Part shown: one piece after another, positions 38,296 through 48,323 of the stretch
Numbering within the stretch: the first letter of the stretch is position 1
Layout: every line of letters begins with the position of its first letter
Assembly (NCBI GenBank): GCA_963662625.1
Contig: OY759726.1
Location: forward strand, 736,001 to 800,000
Source: Nitrosopumilus sp.
GTDB taxonomy: Archaea > Thermoproteota > Nitrososphaeria > Nitrososphaerales > Nitrosopumilaceae
Reading direction: 5' to 3'
DNA: 64,000 bases
Made by a program: the position numbers and the translations under genes
The notes under the pieces: model-generated
Database searches by the model: none
What the model was told of the DNA's origin: nothing
Seen by the model: only the letters and a program-made list of their open reading frames with translations

Positions 38296-39927
38296 ATGCT
38301 CCTGGACCACTTTCCAAGGCACGTGCCCCGCGACAGCCAGGTCCGCATCCTGAAGGCCCTGGACAGCGTCTTTGCCTCCGGGTACAGGAAGGTCATCATC
38401 TCGGCGCCGACGGGGATCGGGAAGAGCTTCGTCGCAAAGGCCATCGCGGACTCGATGGACACGTCGTTCATCGTCACGTCGACCAAATACCTCCAGGGCC
38501 AGTACGCCGGGGACTTTCCCGACACGAAGACCGTCAAGGGGATGCCGAACTTCGCGTGCTACCAGCAGATGGAGCTCGAGAAGGTATCCGACGCGGCGGC
38601 GGCGATGAGAAGGGGGCTTAGCTGCGACAGGGGGCAGTGCACGAGGAGGGAGGGCGGCAGGCAGGTCAGCTCGTGCAAGTACAAGTCGGGCGACCAGGCC
38701 GAAAAGCAGTGCCTCTACTACAAGCAGAAGGACGAGGGGCTGGAAGCCCCCCAGGCGATCCTCAACTACGCCATCTACTTCCAGCTTAAGAAATACCAGC
38801 CGACGTCGAAGGGCGTGAGCAGGACCGCCGGGATCTTCGACGAGGCGCACACTATTGAGAACGAGATCGTGAGGTTCCTGGGGCTGGATCTCTGGGCGGG
38901 GTACCTGAACGACGTGGGGATCGCCGCGAGCAGGTACAGGCTGGACGACATAGACGAGGTCATCCGCCTCCTGGACGACCTGAGGGTCGGGTATGCCCGG
39001 ATCCTGGCAGACGTGGAGAAGAACTCCGCGTCGCCCCAGTCCGCCGGGCAGGCGCAGGACTACGCGAGGATGCTCAAGCGGTTCAACCGGGTCGTCGACT
39101 TCAGGGCCATGATTGCGGGAGACAGGGAGAATTTCGTGGCCCAGGTGCCCGAAAACTACGCCGGGGGAAGCCCCAAGGCGCTCTCCGTCGTGCCGATTGA
39201 GATCGGCGGGTTTGTCGACAGCTTCTTTGACTCCGAGTACCAGGTGTTCCTGTCGGCGACCATAGACAGGGACAACTTTTCAAGGAGCCTGGGGCTGGGC
39301 GAATGCGCGTTCGTCGACCTGCCGAAATCTCCGTTCCCGAGGGAGAACAGGACGGTGGAGTTCCTGAACGTCAGGAGGCTGAGCCAGTCATCCACCCCCG
39401 AAGACAGGGCAGCGGTGATCGACCGGATCGGCGCGGTGATGCGGGATCACCAGGGCGAGCGGGGGCTGATCCTGACCTCGTCAAGGAAGCGGTGCGAAGA
39501 CATCCTCCGCCTCCTGCCGCCCGAACAGCGCGGGAGGATCCAGCTGGCTCACTCGGAGAACGAGGACGGCTCCACCATAGAGGAGATACTGGACGTCCAC
39601 AGGGACACGGAAAACGGCGTCCTGCTGTCGTCGTCCCTGTGGCAGGGGATAGACCTCAAGGACGACCTGTCCAGGTTCCAGATAATAGAGAAGTGCCCCT
39701 ACCTCTACCTAGGGGACAGGCGCGTCATGATAAAAAAGTCCAGGGACCCCCAGTGGTACAGGTACCAGACCGCCGTGAAGCTGCTGCAGGGGTTTGGCCG
39801 GAGCGTCAGGAACGACGGGGATCATGCCAAGACCTACGTCATGGACGAGTCGGTGCAGAGCCTGCTCGCGCGCAACAGGCACATGGTGCCGCTCGCATAC
39901 CACGACGTGATCTACGGCCGGGCCTGA
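38296..39927 (+). CDS. XPD/DinG-family (SF2) DNA helicase, probable Fe-S type
   Basis: APTGIGKS, LQGQY, Cys cluster, FDEAH, LSAT, WQGIDL, QGFGRSVR. Confidence 0.9.
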   Translation: MLLDHFPRHVPRDSQVRILKALDSVFASGYRKVIISAPTGIGKSFVAKAIADSMDTSFIVTSTKYLQGQYAGDFPDTKTVKGMPNFACYQQMELEKVSDAAAAMRRGLSCDRGQCTRREGGRQVSSCKYKSGDQAEKQCLYYKQKDEGLEAPQAILNYAIYFQLKKYQPTSKGVSRTAGIFDEAHTIENEIVRFLGLDLWAGYLNDVGIAASRYRLDDIDEVIRLLDDLRVGYARILADVEKNSASPQSAGQAQDYARMLKRFNRVVDFRAMIAGDRENFVAQVPENYAGGSPKALSVVPIEIGGFVDSFFDSEYQVFLSATIDRDNFSRSLGLGECAFVDLPKSPFPRENRTVEFLNVRRLSQSSTPEDRAAVIDRIGAVMRDHQGERGLILTSSRKRCEDILRLLPPEQRGRIQLAHSENEDGSTIEEILDVHRDTENGVLLSSSLWQGIDLKDDLSRFQIIEKCPYLYLGDRRVMIKKSRDPQWYRYQTAVKLLQGFGRSVRNDGDHAKTYVMDESVQSLLARNRHMVPLAYHDVIYGRA

Positions 39928-39996
39928 CGGCCCGCGCGCCTTCGCGCGGCGGGCCCCTGCGAAAGCGCTTTATCCCGAGGCCGGCTTGTCTGTTTA

Positions 39997-40797
39997 TTGG
40001 ACCTTGGGGGCAGGAACGTCGTGGTCACCGGCGCGTCGTCGGGAATAGGGAGGGCCGCCGCGGCCGAGTTCGCGAGGAAGGGCGCCAACGTCGCCCTCGT
40101 GGCCCGGCGGCGGGAGAGGCTGCGGCAGGTGGAGGAGGAGCTGGAAGGATCCGGCGGCTCGACGCTGGTCTGCCCCTGCGACGTGTCGGACAGGGGCCAG
40201 GTGGCCAGGCTCCACGAGGAGGTCGCCGGGGGGCTCGGCCCCGTGGACGTCCTGGTAAACAACGCGGGGTTTGCCACGTATGGCACGGTCTCCGAGCTGT
40301 CCGTCGACGAGATCGAGGCGCAGATGGCCACCAACTACTTTGGGATGGTCTACTGCACGAAGCGCTTCCTCCCGGGCATGCTGGAGGCCGGTTCCGGCCA
40401 CATAGTCAACGTCGCCTCGGTCGCCGCCAGTTTCGGCCTGCCCGGGATCGCCCCGTACTGCGCATCCAAGTTCGCCATGCTGGGGTTCTCCGAGGGCCTG
40501 AAGCACGAGCTGAAGGGCACCGGAGTCGGGGTCACCGTCGTCAGCCCGATCATGGTGCGCACCGGTTTTTTTGACCACCCGTCGTTCGGGAAGATGCCCA
40601 GGTACTCCCCGGCGTCCCTGAGCGCGGAGAACGTGGCGAGGGCGGTCCTGAGGGCCGCGGGATCCCCCCGCCTGGAGATCATCGTCCCGCAGATAGTCCG
40701 GGCGGCGGTATGGTGCAAGCACACGTTCCCGTTCATAGTGAACCCGGCGGTGGGATCCGCGTTCAAGAGGGGCCTGGACTCGGCCAAGGGCGGCTGA
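39997..40797 (+). CDS. Short-chain dehydrogenase/reductase
   Basis: TGASSGIG, NNAG, YCASK. Confidence 0.93.
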   Translation: MDLGGRNVVVTGASSGIGRAAAAEFARKGANVALVARRRERLRQVEEELEGSGGSTLVCPCDVSDRGQVARLHEEVAGGLGPVDVLVNNAGFATYGTVSELSVDEIEAQMATNYFGMVYCTKRFLPGMLEAGSGHIVNVASVAASFGLPGIAPYCASKFAMLGFSEGLKHELKGTGVGVTVVSPIMVRTGFFDHPSFGKMPRYSPASLSAENVARAVLRAAGSPRLEIIVPQIVRAAVWCKHTFPFIVNPAVGSAFKRGLDSAKGG

Positions 40798-40798
40798 G

Positions 40799-41188
40799 TC
40801 ACCCGTCGGCGTCGGGATCGCCGGAGCCTGCGTCGAGCGGCTCCACGGACTTTAGCTCGAACCGGTAGATCGCCATCATGTCTATCTCCTTCTCCTTTTG
40901 CAGGTACTCGGAGACCTCCCTGTTCAGGGGCGCCCTGTACTGGTCGAACGTGAACTCGTACACGACGCCTTTTTCCAGTTCGGGCGGCTTGTCCCCCCCG
41001 GGCAGGTCCATCGTGACTATGTGCCGCCCGTCCTCCACGGGCTCGTATAGTTGCGCGTCTGCCTTGCCGTCCTGCCCGTATATCTCCAGGACGTACCCGG
41101 TCCTCCTGAGCTCCTCGGGCTTCCCAAACTTTGCGGCCTGGATCTCGTCGGAAACCCATCCCGGAATCTCGTCTTTCTTCTTTGCCAT
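40799..41188 (-). CDS. Conserved hypothetical protein (possible OB-fold)
   Basis: Protein-like ORF: QLYEPVEDGRHIVTMDLP...GVVYEF. Confidence 0.75.
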   Translation of the reverse strand: MAKKKDEIPGWVSDEIQAAKFGKPEELRRTGYVLEIYGQDGKADAQLYEPVEDGRHIVTMDLPGGDKPPELEKGVVYEFTFDQYRAPLNREVSEYLQKEKEIDMMAIYRFELKSVEPLDAGSGDPDADG

Positions 41189-41198
41189 GCCGCCGGTC

Positions 41199-41504
41199 CT
41201 AGGTCTGCTGCTTTTCCTTCTTGCTCTTCTGCCACCATTCCAGATAGTCGTCCTGCTTGTCCTGCCTGGTCCTTTCCTTCTGGCTCAGCCTGTGCCGTAT
41301 GTCGGCCACCTGCTCCCGCGTCGCGTACAGCCCGCACACCCTGCAGACGAAGTGCCTCGTGGACGGGTCCAGCTTCATGGGGATGTCTATCTCGTCGAAC
41401 AGCTTGTAAAGGTCCTCCTTGCTCCTGTCCTCGGGCACCTCTTCCTCGTACCTTGCCTGGATCTTCTTCTTTTCCCTTGCGGCGCATTCGGGGCAGTTGG
41501 GCAT
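41199..41504 (-). CDS. Conserved hypothetical Zn-binding protein
   Basis: CPEC...CRVC, DDYLEWW. Confidence 0.78.
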   Translation of the reverse strand: MPNCPECAAREKKKIQARYEEEVPEDRSKEDLYKLFDEIDIPMKLDPSTRHFVCRVCGLYATREQVADIRHRLSQKERTRQDKQDDYLEWWQKSKKEKQQT

Positions 41505-41768
41505 TGCTCATTTGGCTTGGTTTTTTCCATAAAAGCGTTCCCACTTGTTGGGCTGGGCGGAAGGCGCTCCGCGGCGGCGTGGCGGGCGCCCGGGCGCGCG
41601 CGTGTCCCGCGGCTTGCAGGCGGGGCCGGGGGCACGCCTCCGGCCCATCCCGGGCGGCGGCCGCCAGAGTCTCTTATCTGACACGTGGATTTTTCGTCAT
41701 CCCTTGCGGTCCGTTCGCCCATCGAACATCCCACGTGCCAGACGCGGTAGGCTGGCCGGGATCGCGTA

Positions 41769-43004
41769 TTATCTCTTTGCCTCCAGCGCCTGGGCTGCCA
41801 TGGCCGCGGCGTTTGCCGCGCCGTCCGAAACGAAGTTCCTTGAAAACTCCGCCAGGCCCTCCTCGAACCTGCCCCGGTCTTCCTTGATCGTTGAGATCGC
41901 CCCGGCCACCTGCCGGGTCTTCGCGGCCAGGACGCCGAGGTTCCGCTCTTCGGCCCACCGGATGTTGTTCGTGTGCTCGTCGTATACCGGGATGCCTATT
42001 ATCGGCTTTGACTTCCCCCCGAGGATCTCCCCCATGACCGTGTGGGAGCCGTTGATGACCGCGTACCCGCACAGGTCCAGGACGGACTCTTTTTCCTGCT
42101 CGGAGAGGAAGCCCACGTCGATCTGCACCCAGTCCACCTTGCCCTCCAGCGCCTCCTGTACGGAGCGCCTCCTCCCGTCCCTGCCCAGGACGGAGTCGAT
42201 GGACGGGTCGTTCCTCGCGTGCGAGACTATCCTCTTCTCGCCCCTCATCTCGTCACGGGCAAACACTTCCTCGTACCTCTGCCCGGTCCCGTCGTTTGTC
42301 GACTTGTTGCCAGTCCTCATCCAGTACCCGAACTCCTCGCCGCGGATCAGCCTCTCGAGATCCGTGGGGGGCCCCTTCCCGGCCCTCCTGGAACCCGTAA
42401 AGTGCCCGACAAAGGCGACCTTCTCCATGACGTCCTTCGTGAAGTTCAGGTTGTACTCGCACAGCGTGTATGGCGGCGGCGAGTCCGCCACCAGTATCTG
42501 GGAGGCCTTCGCTATCTGCTTTGCGATGAATGCCACTGACGGGTAAAAGTACGAGCGGGTCCTGTAGAGCCTCGGCATGAACTGGTTGGTGATGAACAGG
42601 CTGTGTATCCCGCGGTTCCTTGCCAGCACGTTTGACCCCATGTCCCCGTCGTTGATGACCAGGTCGAACTGCTTTTCGTCGTACAGCCTCCTTTCCTGCC
42701 TCAGGTAGTCCGTGATCTGTTTTATCAGCGGGGGGTTCTGCGCCACCGGGAGCATCAGGTTCAGGAGCGACATCGAGACGCTGGGCCCGAACTTGCCGTC
42801 TATCGGCGTGGGCATGAGCACCCTGTGGATCTGATCGGGCCTGTCCGGGAACTCAGCAAGCAGTTTTTCGTAGACGTGGTCCTTGCTGGAGTAGTGGATC
42901 TCAAACTCCTCCCCGACGAACCGCGGCAGCTCCGAGTTGAGCCTCATCATGCGCGAGTAGTGGCCGCCGCCCCACGGGTAGATGAACTCGCCTATCCTCA
43001 GCAC
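41769..43004 (-). CDS. GT-B glycosyltransferase (GT28 / MJ1255-like)
   Basis: WGGGHYSR, VINDGD, FITNQ, NGSHTVMGE, EHTNN. Confidence 0.85.
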   Translation of the reverse strand: MLRIGEFIYPWGGGHYSRMMRLNSELPRFVGEEFEIHYSSKDHVYEKLLAEFPDRPDQIHRVLMPTPIDGKFGPSVSMSLLNLMLPVAQNPPLIKQITDYLRQERRLYDEKQFDLVINDGDMGSNVLARNRGIHSLFITNQFMPRLYRTRSYFYPSVAFIAKQIAKASQILVADSPPPYTLCEYNLNFTKDVMEKVAFVGHFTGSRRAGKGPPTDLERLIRGEEFGYWMRTGNKSTNDGTGQRYEEVFARDEMRGEKRIVSHARNDPSIDSVLGRDGRRRSVQEALEGKVDWVQIDVGFLSEQEKESVLDLCGYAVINGSHTVMGEILGGKSKPIIGIPVYDEHTNNIRWAEERNLGVLAAKTRQVAGAISTIKEDRGRFEEGLAEFSRNFVSDGAANAAAMAAQALEAKR

Positions 43005-43035
43005 ACCGTCAGTTCTCCGGGGGGGAGTTTAAACT

Positions 43036-44154
43036 CTAGCGCTCCCCCAGCGAGTCCAGGAAGTCGTGGACGTTGTTGGGCCCCACGCTGAGGGAGACTG
43101 CCTGCCTTGACGCCAGGGCCGCGTCCAGCTCTTTCTTGGAAAAGCCCGAGGCGGCCTTCTGCGGGAACGGCCGCGCGAGCCTCCCGGGACTCCCCCCCAG
43201 GCCGAGCTCCCTCGCGTCGGCAAACACCCCCGAGCCGAGCCCGCTCAGCGGGGTGACCGGGATCTTCCCGGCATCAAACACCCTGCTTACCGCGCCGTCG
43301 ACGAACTCTGCCGGGAACGCCAGCGGCGAGACCGGGACGGAGACCCTCGGGATGCCGCGCGACCTAGCGACGCCGATCAGGATCTCCAGGGCCAGCATCA
43401 CCAGCCTGCCGTAACCGCCCTTTCCGGCGGGGACGGAGCCCGCGCGGAACACCTCCACCTCCACGTCCTCCCTCAGCAGCCTCGGGAGTATCCTGTTCAC
43501 GATCTTTGCGAGGCCGGTCAGCTCCGACCCCGTCCTGTAGCAGACCACGATCTTGGGGCTGAGCCCCTGCTTCATCGTCTCGTAGCACGAGACCGCCGAG
43601 AGCTCGTCGTAGATGCAGCACGCGGCGTCGTGCCCGCCCGGCTCGAACGGGACGCCGCCGTTTCCTCCGTCTGAAAAGATGCAGATGTACGCGTTCTTCC
43701 TGGTCAGGTAGGCGTACAGCAGCTTGTCGTGGTTGTGCTCCGTGCCGGGCCTCGCCCCCAGGCCGGGCCTCTTTTCGATGATCTCCGACGTCGCGGCAAG
43801 CGCCACGTCCGCCGGCAGGAAGCCCCTTGAGAACCCCTCCACCCTCACTAGAAACCTCTCGCCCCTCAGCAGCAGGCTTCCGCCCACGGAGGAGATCCCG
43901 GAGACCACCTCCCGGAAGTCGTTCCGGGTCTGCCGCGCGATCGCGATCCTGTCTATGCCGAAGAGCAGGTTGATCGCGGACGACGCGAACACCGGATCGT
44001 TTGCGTCCACCAGTATGACGTCGCCGTCCCTCTTTACGGACCTGAACCGCTGGTTCTGCGCCACGAGGATCCTCTTTATGTTGGAGACGAGCAACGGCAT
44101 CCGGTTCCTGGAAAAGGCCGTGGGAAAGACCACGACGTACGAGACCTGCTCCAT
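43036..44154 (-). CDS. ThiI-like THUMP-domain protein with degenerate PP-loop
   Basis: N-terminal ferredoxin-like and THUMP regions (LLFGIDRIA, FLVRV), GNGGVP; no SGGxDS. Confidence 0.75.
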   Translation of the reverse strand: MEQVSYVVVFPTAFSRNRMPLLVSNIKRILVAQNQRFRSVKRDGDVILVDANDPVFASSAINLLFGIDRIAIARQTRNDFREVVSGISSVGGSLLLRGERFLVRVEGFSRGFLPADVALAATSEIIEKRPGLGARPGTEHNHDKLLYAYLTRKNAYICIFSDGGNGGVPFEPGGHDAACCIYDELSAVSCYETMKQGLSPKIVVCYRTGSELTGLAKIVNRILPRLLREDVEVEVFRAGSVPAGKGGYGRLVMLALEILIGVARSRGIPRVSVPVSPLAFPAEFVDGAVSRVFDAGKIPVTPLSGLGSGVFADARELGLGGSPGRLARPFPQKAASGFSKKELDAALASRQAVSLSVGPNNVHDFLDSLGER

Positions 44155-44295
44155 GCCTTCATTCCCAGGCACCCGCTTATAACTTAGGATTTACAGGCTG
44201 CTGCCCCGTCGGCCTGCCGGGCTCCTGCCCGGGCCGCCCGGGCCGCGTCCTGGCCATGGCCGTGCCAGGCCGGACACCGTCGAGCGCCCCTGCCC

Positions 44296-45632
44296 CAGTA
44301 GATCGAAATGTACCCCTGTGGGGCGTTGGCCAGCATGTATTGACCTGGCACTGGAACGTTTTGGACAGAAAAACCAATGGATCAGGCGCCCCTGTCATCC
44401 GTCATGTACAACCAAAACGAACCGCAGGGGCACCGACTCAGGGTGGCCGGCAAGGCGTTTAAAATGTTGCCCGGGCTGCTGGAGAGGGCGGGCATCGGGT
44501 TCTCGGGCCGGCACAACGCCGTGTACGGCATGGCCGACTTCGTGCGCGTTCTGGTGTCCATGTGCAGGGACCGCGCGTGCGCGTCTGGCGCCACCGGGAC
44601 GCTCGCCGTGCGCCACGGGCCCCGCCGCGTGCCGTCGTCGGCGTGGGTGCTCTCCAGGATACGGGGGGCGTGCCCCGAACCGGACGCCATGCGGGAGCGG
44701 TGCGCCGGCGCCCTCGCATCCACCGTGCGGGATGCCGGGCGGCCGGGGATCCTCAGGCGGATCCGCTGCGTCGTGGCCCTGGACTACCACCTGATACCCA
44801 GGTACGACAGGGATCCCGCGACCAGGGAGGAGCAGCTGGTGCGCGCGAGGCACAGGTCCGGGACGTCGCGCTTCGAGGGGTACGCCACCGCCCAGATGGT
44901 GGACGGGCCGGGGCTGAACCTGGCGTGCAGGCCCAAGGGGGGGAGCACGGGGGCCGGAATCGTGCGCGAGCTGCTGCGTGACTGCGCTGGCGTGGGCGTC
45001 CGCCCCAGGCTGGTCCTGCCGGGCCGGGGATTCTTCTCGGCAGGGGTCGTCGGGGAGCTGTCCGGGTCGGGCCACAGGTTCATCATGCCCGCGTCGCGGA
45101 CTGCCGGGATAAAGAGGGCCGTGGGGGAGCACGCCCGCGGGGAGAGGGCCGCGGTGTCCCCGCACGCCCTGACGCCCCAGGACAGGAAGGCCAGCGAGCC
45201 GTTCACCCTGGCGATGGTCCCGAAGAAGGAGGGCGAGGACGGGTGGGACTCGGGGGACGCGCAGGAGAGGTACCTGGCGTACGCCACCAACGCGGACGCC
45301 GGCAGGGCGGTGCGCGCCGCCGACGTCCCTGACGAGTACCGGAAGAGGTGGGGGATAGAGACCGGGTACAGGGACGCCGAGAAGGCCAGGCCCAGGACCA
45401 CCAGCCCGGACGCCTCGGTCAGGACGTTCCTGTTCTTCATGGCGCTGGTGATGTACAACCTGTGGATGATGTCGGTGGAATGGTCCGCCGGGTGGTACGG
45501 GAGCCGCGACACCGCCTCGATCCGGCTGGCGGTCATGCTGGAGTGCATGGTGGGGATGGCTGCGGGCGGGACGGATGGCTGCCGGGCGTGGCCCAACCAG
45601 TCGTCTGGCGGCTAGTACATTTCGATCTACTG
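44296..45632 (+). mobile_element. Complete ISH3-like insertion sequence, 1337 bp
   Basis: Perfect 18-bp TIR CAGTAGATCGAAATGTAC; 5-bp TSD TGCCC at 44291-95 and 45633-37. Confidence 0.95.
44377..45615 (+). CDS. ISH3-like DDE transposase lacking the second catalytic Asp
   Basis: VALDYHL, LVLPGRGFF (LLDRGF expected), YRKRWGIETGYR. Confidence 0.88.
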   Translation: MDQAPLSSVMYNQNEPQGHRLRVAGKAFKMLPGLLERAGIGFSGRHNAVYGMADFVRVLVSMCRDRACASGATGTLAVRHGPRRVPSSAWVLSRIRGACPEPDAMRERCAGALASTVRDAGRPGILRRIRCVVALDYHLIPRYDRDPATREEQLVRARHRSGTSRFEGYATAQMVDGPGLNLACRPKGGSTGAGIVRELLRDCAGVGVRPRLVLPGRGFFSAGVVGELSGSGHRFIMPASRTAGIKRAVGEHARGERAAVSPHALTPQDRKASEPFTLAMVPKKEGEDGWDSGDAQERYLAYATNADAGRAVRAADVPDEYRKRWGIETGYRDAEKARPRTTSPDASVRTFLFFMALVMYNLWMMSVEWSAGWYGSRDTASIRLAVMLECMVGMAAGGTDGCRAWPNQSSGG

Positions 45633-45757
45633 TGCCCGGGCCGCCCGGGCGGGGCGGGCGCGGGCGGCGGCGCAGGCAGGGGGCACGCAGGGGCGTGCCG
45701 GCCAGAAGCCGGCGCGATCTGGACAATTAATATAAAACTACCAAATCAATTGAACCT

Positions 45758-46483
45758 GTGACCAGATTCACCCGGGAGCAGGTGGACAAGCTCAACGAGA
45801 CCATCACCACCGCGGAGGACGCGCTGAGGTGGGCCTCGGAGAACCTCCACCCGAGGGTCGCGAAGGCGTCGAGTTTCGGCGCGGAGGATGCCGTGATCAT
45901 GGACATCATGCTGAAGATCAACCCTAGGTTCAGGTTTTTCACCCTGGACACGGGCCGCCTGCACCAGGAGACCTACGACATAATGGACATCGTCAGGAAA
46001 AAATACAACATCACGATCGAGGTCCTGTTCCCCGACACGAAGGAGGTGGAGGAGATGGTGATGGGCAAGGGCATGAACCTGTTCTACGAGAGCGTGGAGA
46101 ACAGGAAGCTCTGCTGCGATGTCCGCAAGGTGCGCCCGATAAACCGCATGCTCAAGACCCTTGACGGCTGGATTGCCGGCCTGAGGCGCGACCAGACGGA
46201 GGTGCGGAAGGACGTGAGCCTCTTTCAGATCGATCACGCGCACGGCGGGATCCTGAAGATTAACCCCATAATCAACTGGACGTGGGACCGGGTCCAGGAC
46301 TACATAAAGGAGAACAACCTCCCGTACAACAGCCTCGTTGACAAGGGATACCCCAGCATCGGCTGCGAGCCCTGCACCAGGCCGATAAAGCCGGGGGAGG
46401 ACCTCAGGGCGGGCCGCTGGTGGTGGGAACAGGGGGAGCACAAGGAGTGCGGGCTCCACATGGTGCACGGGCAGGAGGCCTGA
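45758..46483 (+). CDS. cysH: APS/PAPS reductase (Fe-S type)
   Basis: [36 protein letters not shown]. Confidence 0.95.
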   Translation: MTRFTREQVDKLNETITTAEDALRWASENLHPRVAKASSFGAEDAVIMDIMLKINPRFRFFTLDTGRLHQETYDIMDIVRKKYNITIEVLFPDTKEVEEMVMGKGMNLFYESVENRKLCCDVRKVRPINRMLKTLDGWIAGLRRDQTEVRKDVSLFQIDHAHGGILKINPIINWTWDRVQDYIKENNLPYNSLVDKGYPSIGCEPCTRPIKPGEDLRAGRWWWEQGEHKECGLHMVHGQEA

Positions 46484-46484
46484 C

Positions 46485-47627
46485 ATGCCTGGGAACGGAT
46501 CGATAAGGCCCCACGGCGGCAGGCTGGTAAGCAGGATCACGGAGGCGGATCCCTCCGGGATGTTCGCGGTGCCCGTTACGGCGGACCTGGCAAACGACGT
46601 CGAGAACATCGCCGACGGCATATTCAGCCCCCTGGAGGGGTTCCTCGGACGGCAGGACTTTGAGGCGGTGGTGTCGGGTGGCAGGCTGGCAAACGGCCTG
46701 GCGTGGACCATCCCCACCGTCCTTGACGTCGACGAGGCGACGGCGTCCCGGATGAAGGAGGCCGGCGACGTGCTGCTGCAGGATCCCCAGGGCACGGGCA
46801 TCGCCGTGCTGCACGTGGAGGAGGTGTTCCCGTTTGACAAGGAGGGCACGGCCCGCGGGATCTACGGGACTGCCGACCCCGCGCACCCGGGCGTGGCCAA
46901 GACCATGTCGATGGGGGACCGCCTGGTTGGTGGGAAGATAGACTACATACGGAGGCCCCAGGACACCGAGATCAGGAAGTACAGGCTGGCGCCGGTCCAG
47001 ACGCGCGAGGCGTTCTCCAGCGCGGGGTGGAAGACCATAGTCGCGTTCCAGACCAGGAACCCGCCCCACGTGGCGCACGAGATGCTGCAGAAGACCTCGA
47101 TCACTACCAGGGACGGCGTGTTTGTAAACCCCATCATCGGCAAGAAAAAGCCCGGCGACTTTGTGGACGAGGTGATCGTGAAGTGCTACGAGGCGATGAT
47201 CTCCCACTATTACCCCGAAAACAGGTGCAAGCTAGGCACCCTGCACACCGAGATGAGGTACGCCGGGCCGAAGGAGGCGATACACCACGCAATCATGAGG
47301 CAGAACTACGGGTGCACGCACATCATCATCGGGCGCGACCACGCCGGGGTGGGAAAGTTCTACGATCCGTTCGCGGCGCAGGAGATCTTCGGCGACTACC
47401 CGGAACTCGAGATAGCCCCGGTGTTCTTTCCCGCGTTCTTCTACTGCAAGAAGTGCCTCACGTACACGAACCCGAAGGCGTGCCCCCACGATGACGACTC
47501 CAAGGCGCAGATAAGCGGGACGAGGCTGCGCGAGATGATCCAGGAAGGGCAGGCCCCGTCCGAGTTCATCCTGAGGCCCGAGGTGTCGAGGGTGATACTG
47601 GGCTACCGCGACCCGTTCGTAGCTTAG
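46485..47627 (+). CDS. sat: Sulfate adenylyltransferase
   Basis: [31 protein letters not shown]. Confidence 0.96.
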   Translation: MPGNGSIRPHGGRLVSRITEADPSGMFAVPVTADLANDVENIADGIFSPLEGFLGRQDFEAVVSGGRLANGLAWTIPTVLDVDEATASRMKEAGDVLLQDPQGTGIAVLHVEEVFPFDKEGTARGIYGTADPAHPGVAKTMSMGDRLVGGKIDYIRRPQDTEIRKYRLAPVQTREAFSSAGWKTIVAFQTRNPPHVAHEMLQKTSITTRDGVFVNPIIGKKKPGDFVDEVIVKCYEAMISHYYPENRCKLGTLHTEMRYAGPKEAIHHAIMRQNYGCTHIIIGRDHAGVGKFYDPFAAQEIFGDYPELEIAPVFFPAFFYCKKCLTYTNPKACPHDDDSKAQISGTRLREMIQEGQAPSEFILRPEVSRVILGYRDPFVA

Positions 47628-47657
47628 GTATTTATTCACACCCGCGCAACTTTGCTT

Positions 47658-48323
47658 GTGAGGTACATCATAGCCCTGCTTGCCGTGGGGTTTTTTCTCA
47701 GCCCCGCGTTTGCCCAGGAATACACCAACCCGTCCCTGATCATTGACACGGTGGAGGTGCCGTACGAGGAGTTCAACGGCGTCCTGCGCGACGCGCGGGT
47801 GGTCCAGATGGACAGGCTCCACGCGGTAAGCTGGCAGGTCACCGTGGACAACAACCTGCTCTACGCAAACCCCGACGGCAACGCGGTCCTGAGGCTGTAC
47901 GACGACGCGGATCCGGAGAAGTTGATCGAGGTGGGCATGGGGGCCCAGCCCGACTACAAGTTCTGGGTGGCCGTGCAGACCCCGAAGGAGGGCTACATCG
48001 TGGTCCACCGGGACCTGGATCGGGGGTGGCCCCCCTCCGCAAAGACCAGCATCGCCTACACCGACCGTGCGGGGCTCACCATAAACAACGGCGCGCGCAT
48101 AGTAGTATCCAACCTCGACATAGGGGTGTTTGCGATTGGGTCATACTCCGTCCACGGCATGGGGGGCACCACCGACCCTCCCGCCGCATACTCGGGCAGC
48201 GTGGTAATGGAGTTTCTTTCGGGGGATCCTGCCAGGAACCCGTTTGCGATGATGCCGTTCTACATCGCGGCGGGGATCGGGGTGGTGGTCGGAGTGCTCT
48301 ACCTGACCAAGAAGCGCACCTAG
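47658..48323 (+). CDS. Exported hypothetical protein with C-terminal TM anchor
   Basis: Signal peptide (SPAFAQ), beta-rich domain, TM helix plus KKR. Confidence 0.78.
   Translation: MRYIIALLAVGFFLSPAFAQEYTNPSLIIDTVEVPYEEFNGVLRDARVVQMDRLHAVSWQVTVDNNLLYANPDGNAVLRLYDDADPEKLIEVGMGAQPDYKFWVAVQTPKEGYIVVHRDLDRGWPPSAKTSIAYTDRAGLTINNGARIVVSNLDIGVFAIGSYSVHGMGGTTDPPAAYSGSVVMEFLSGDPARNPFAMMPFYIAAGIGVVVGVLYLTKKRT

Noticed and set aside
41690-41702. Minus-strand GAUGA-CGAAA resembles a hammerhead core
   Set aside because: Lacks the CUGANGA core and a stem II
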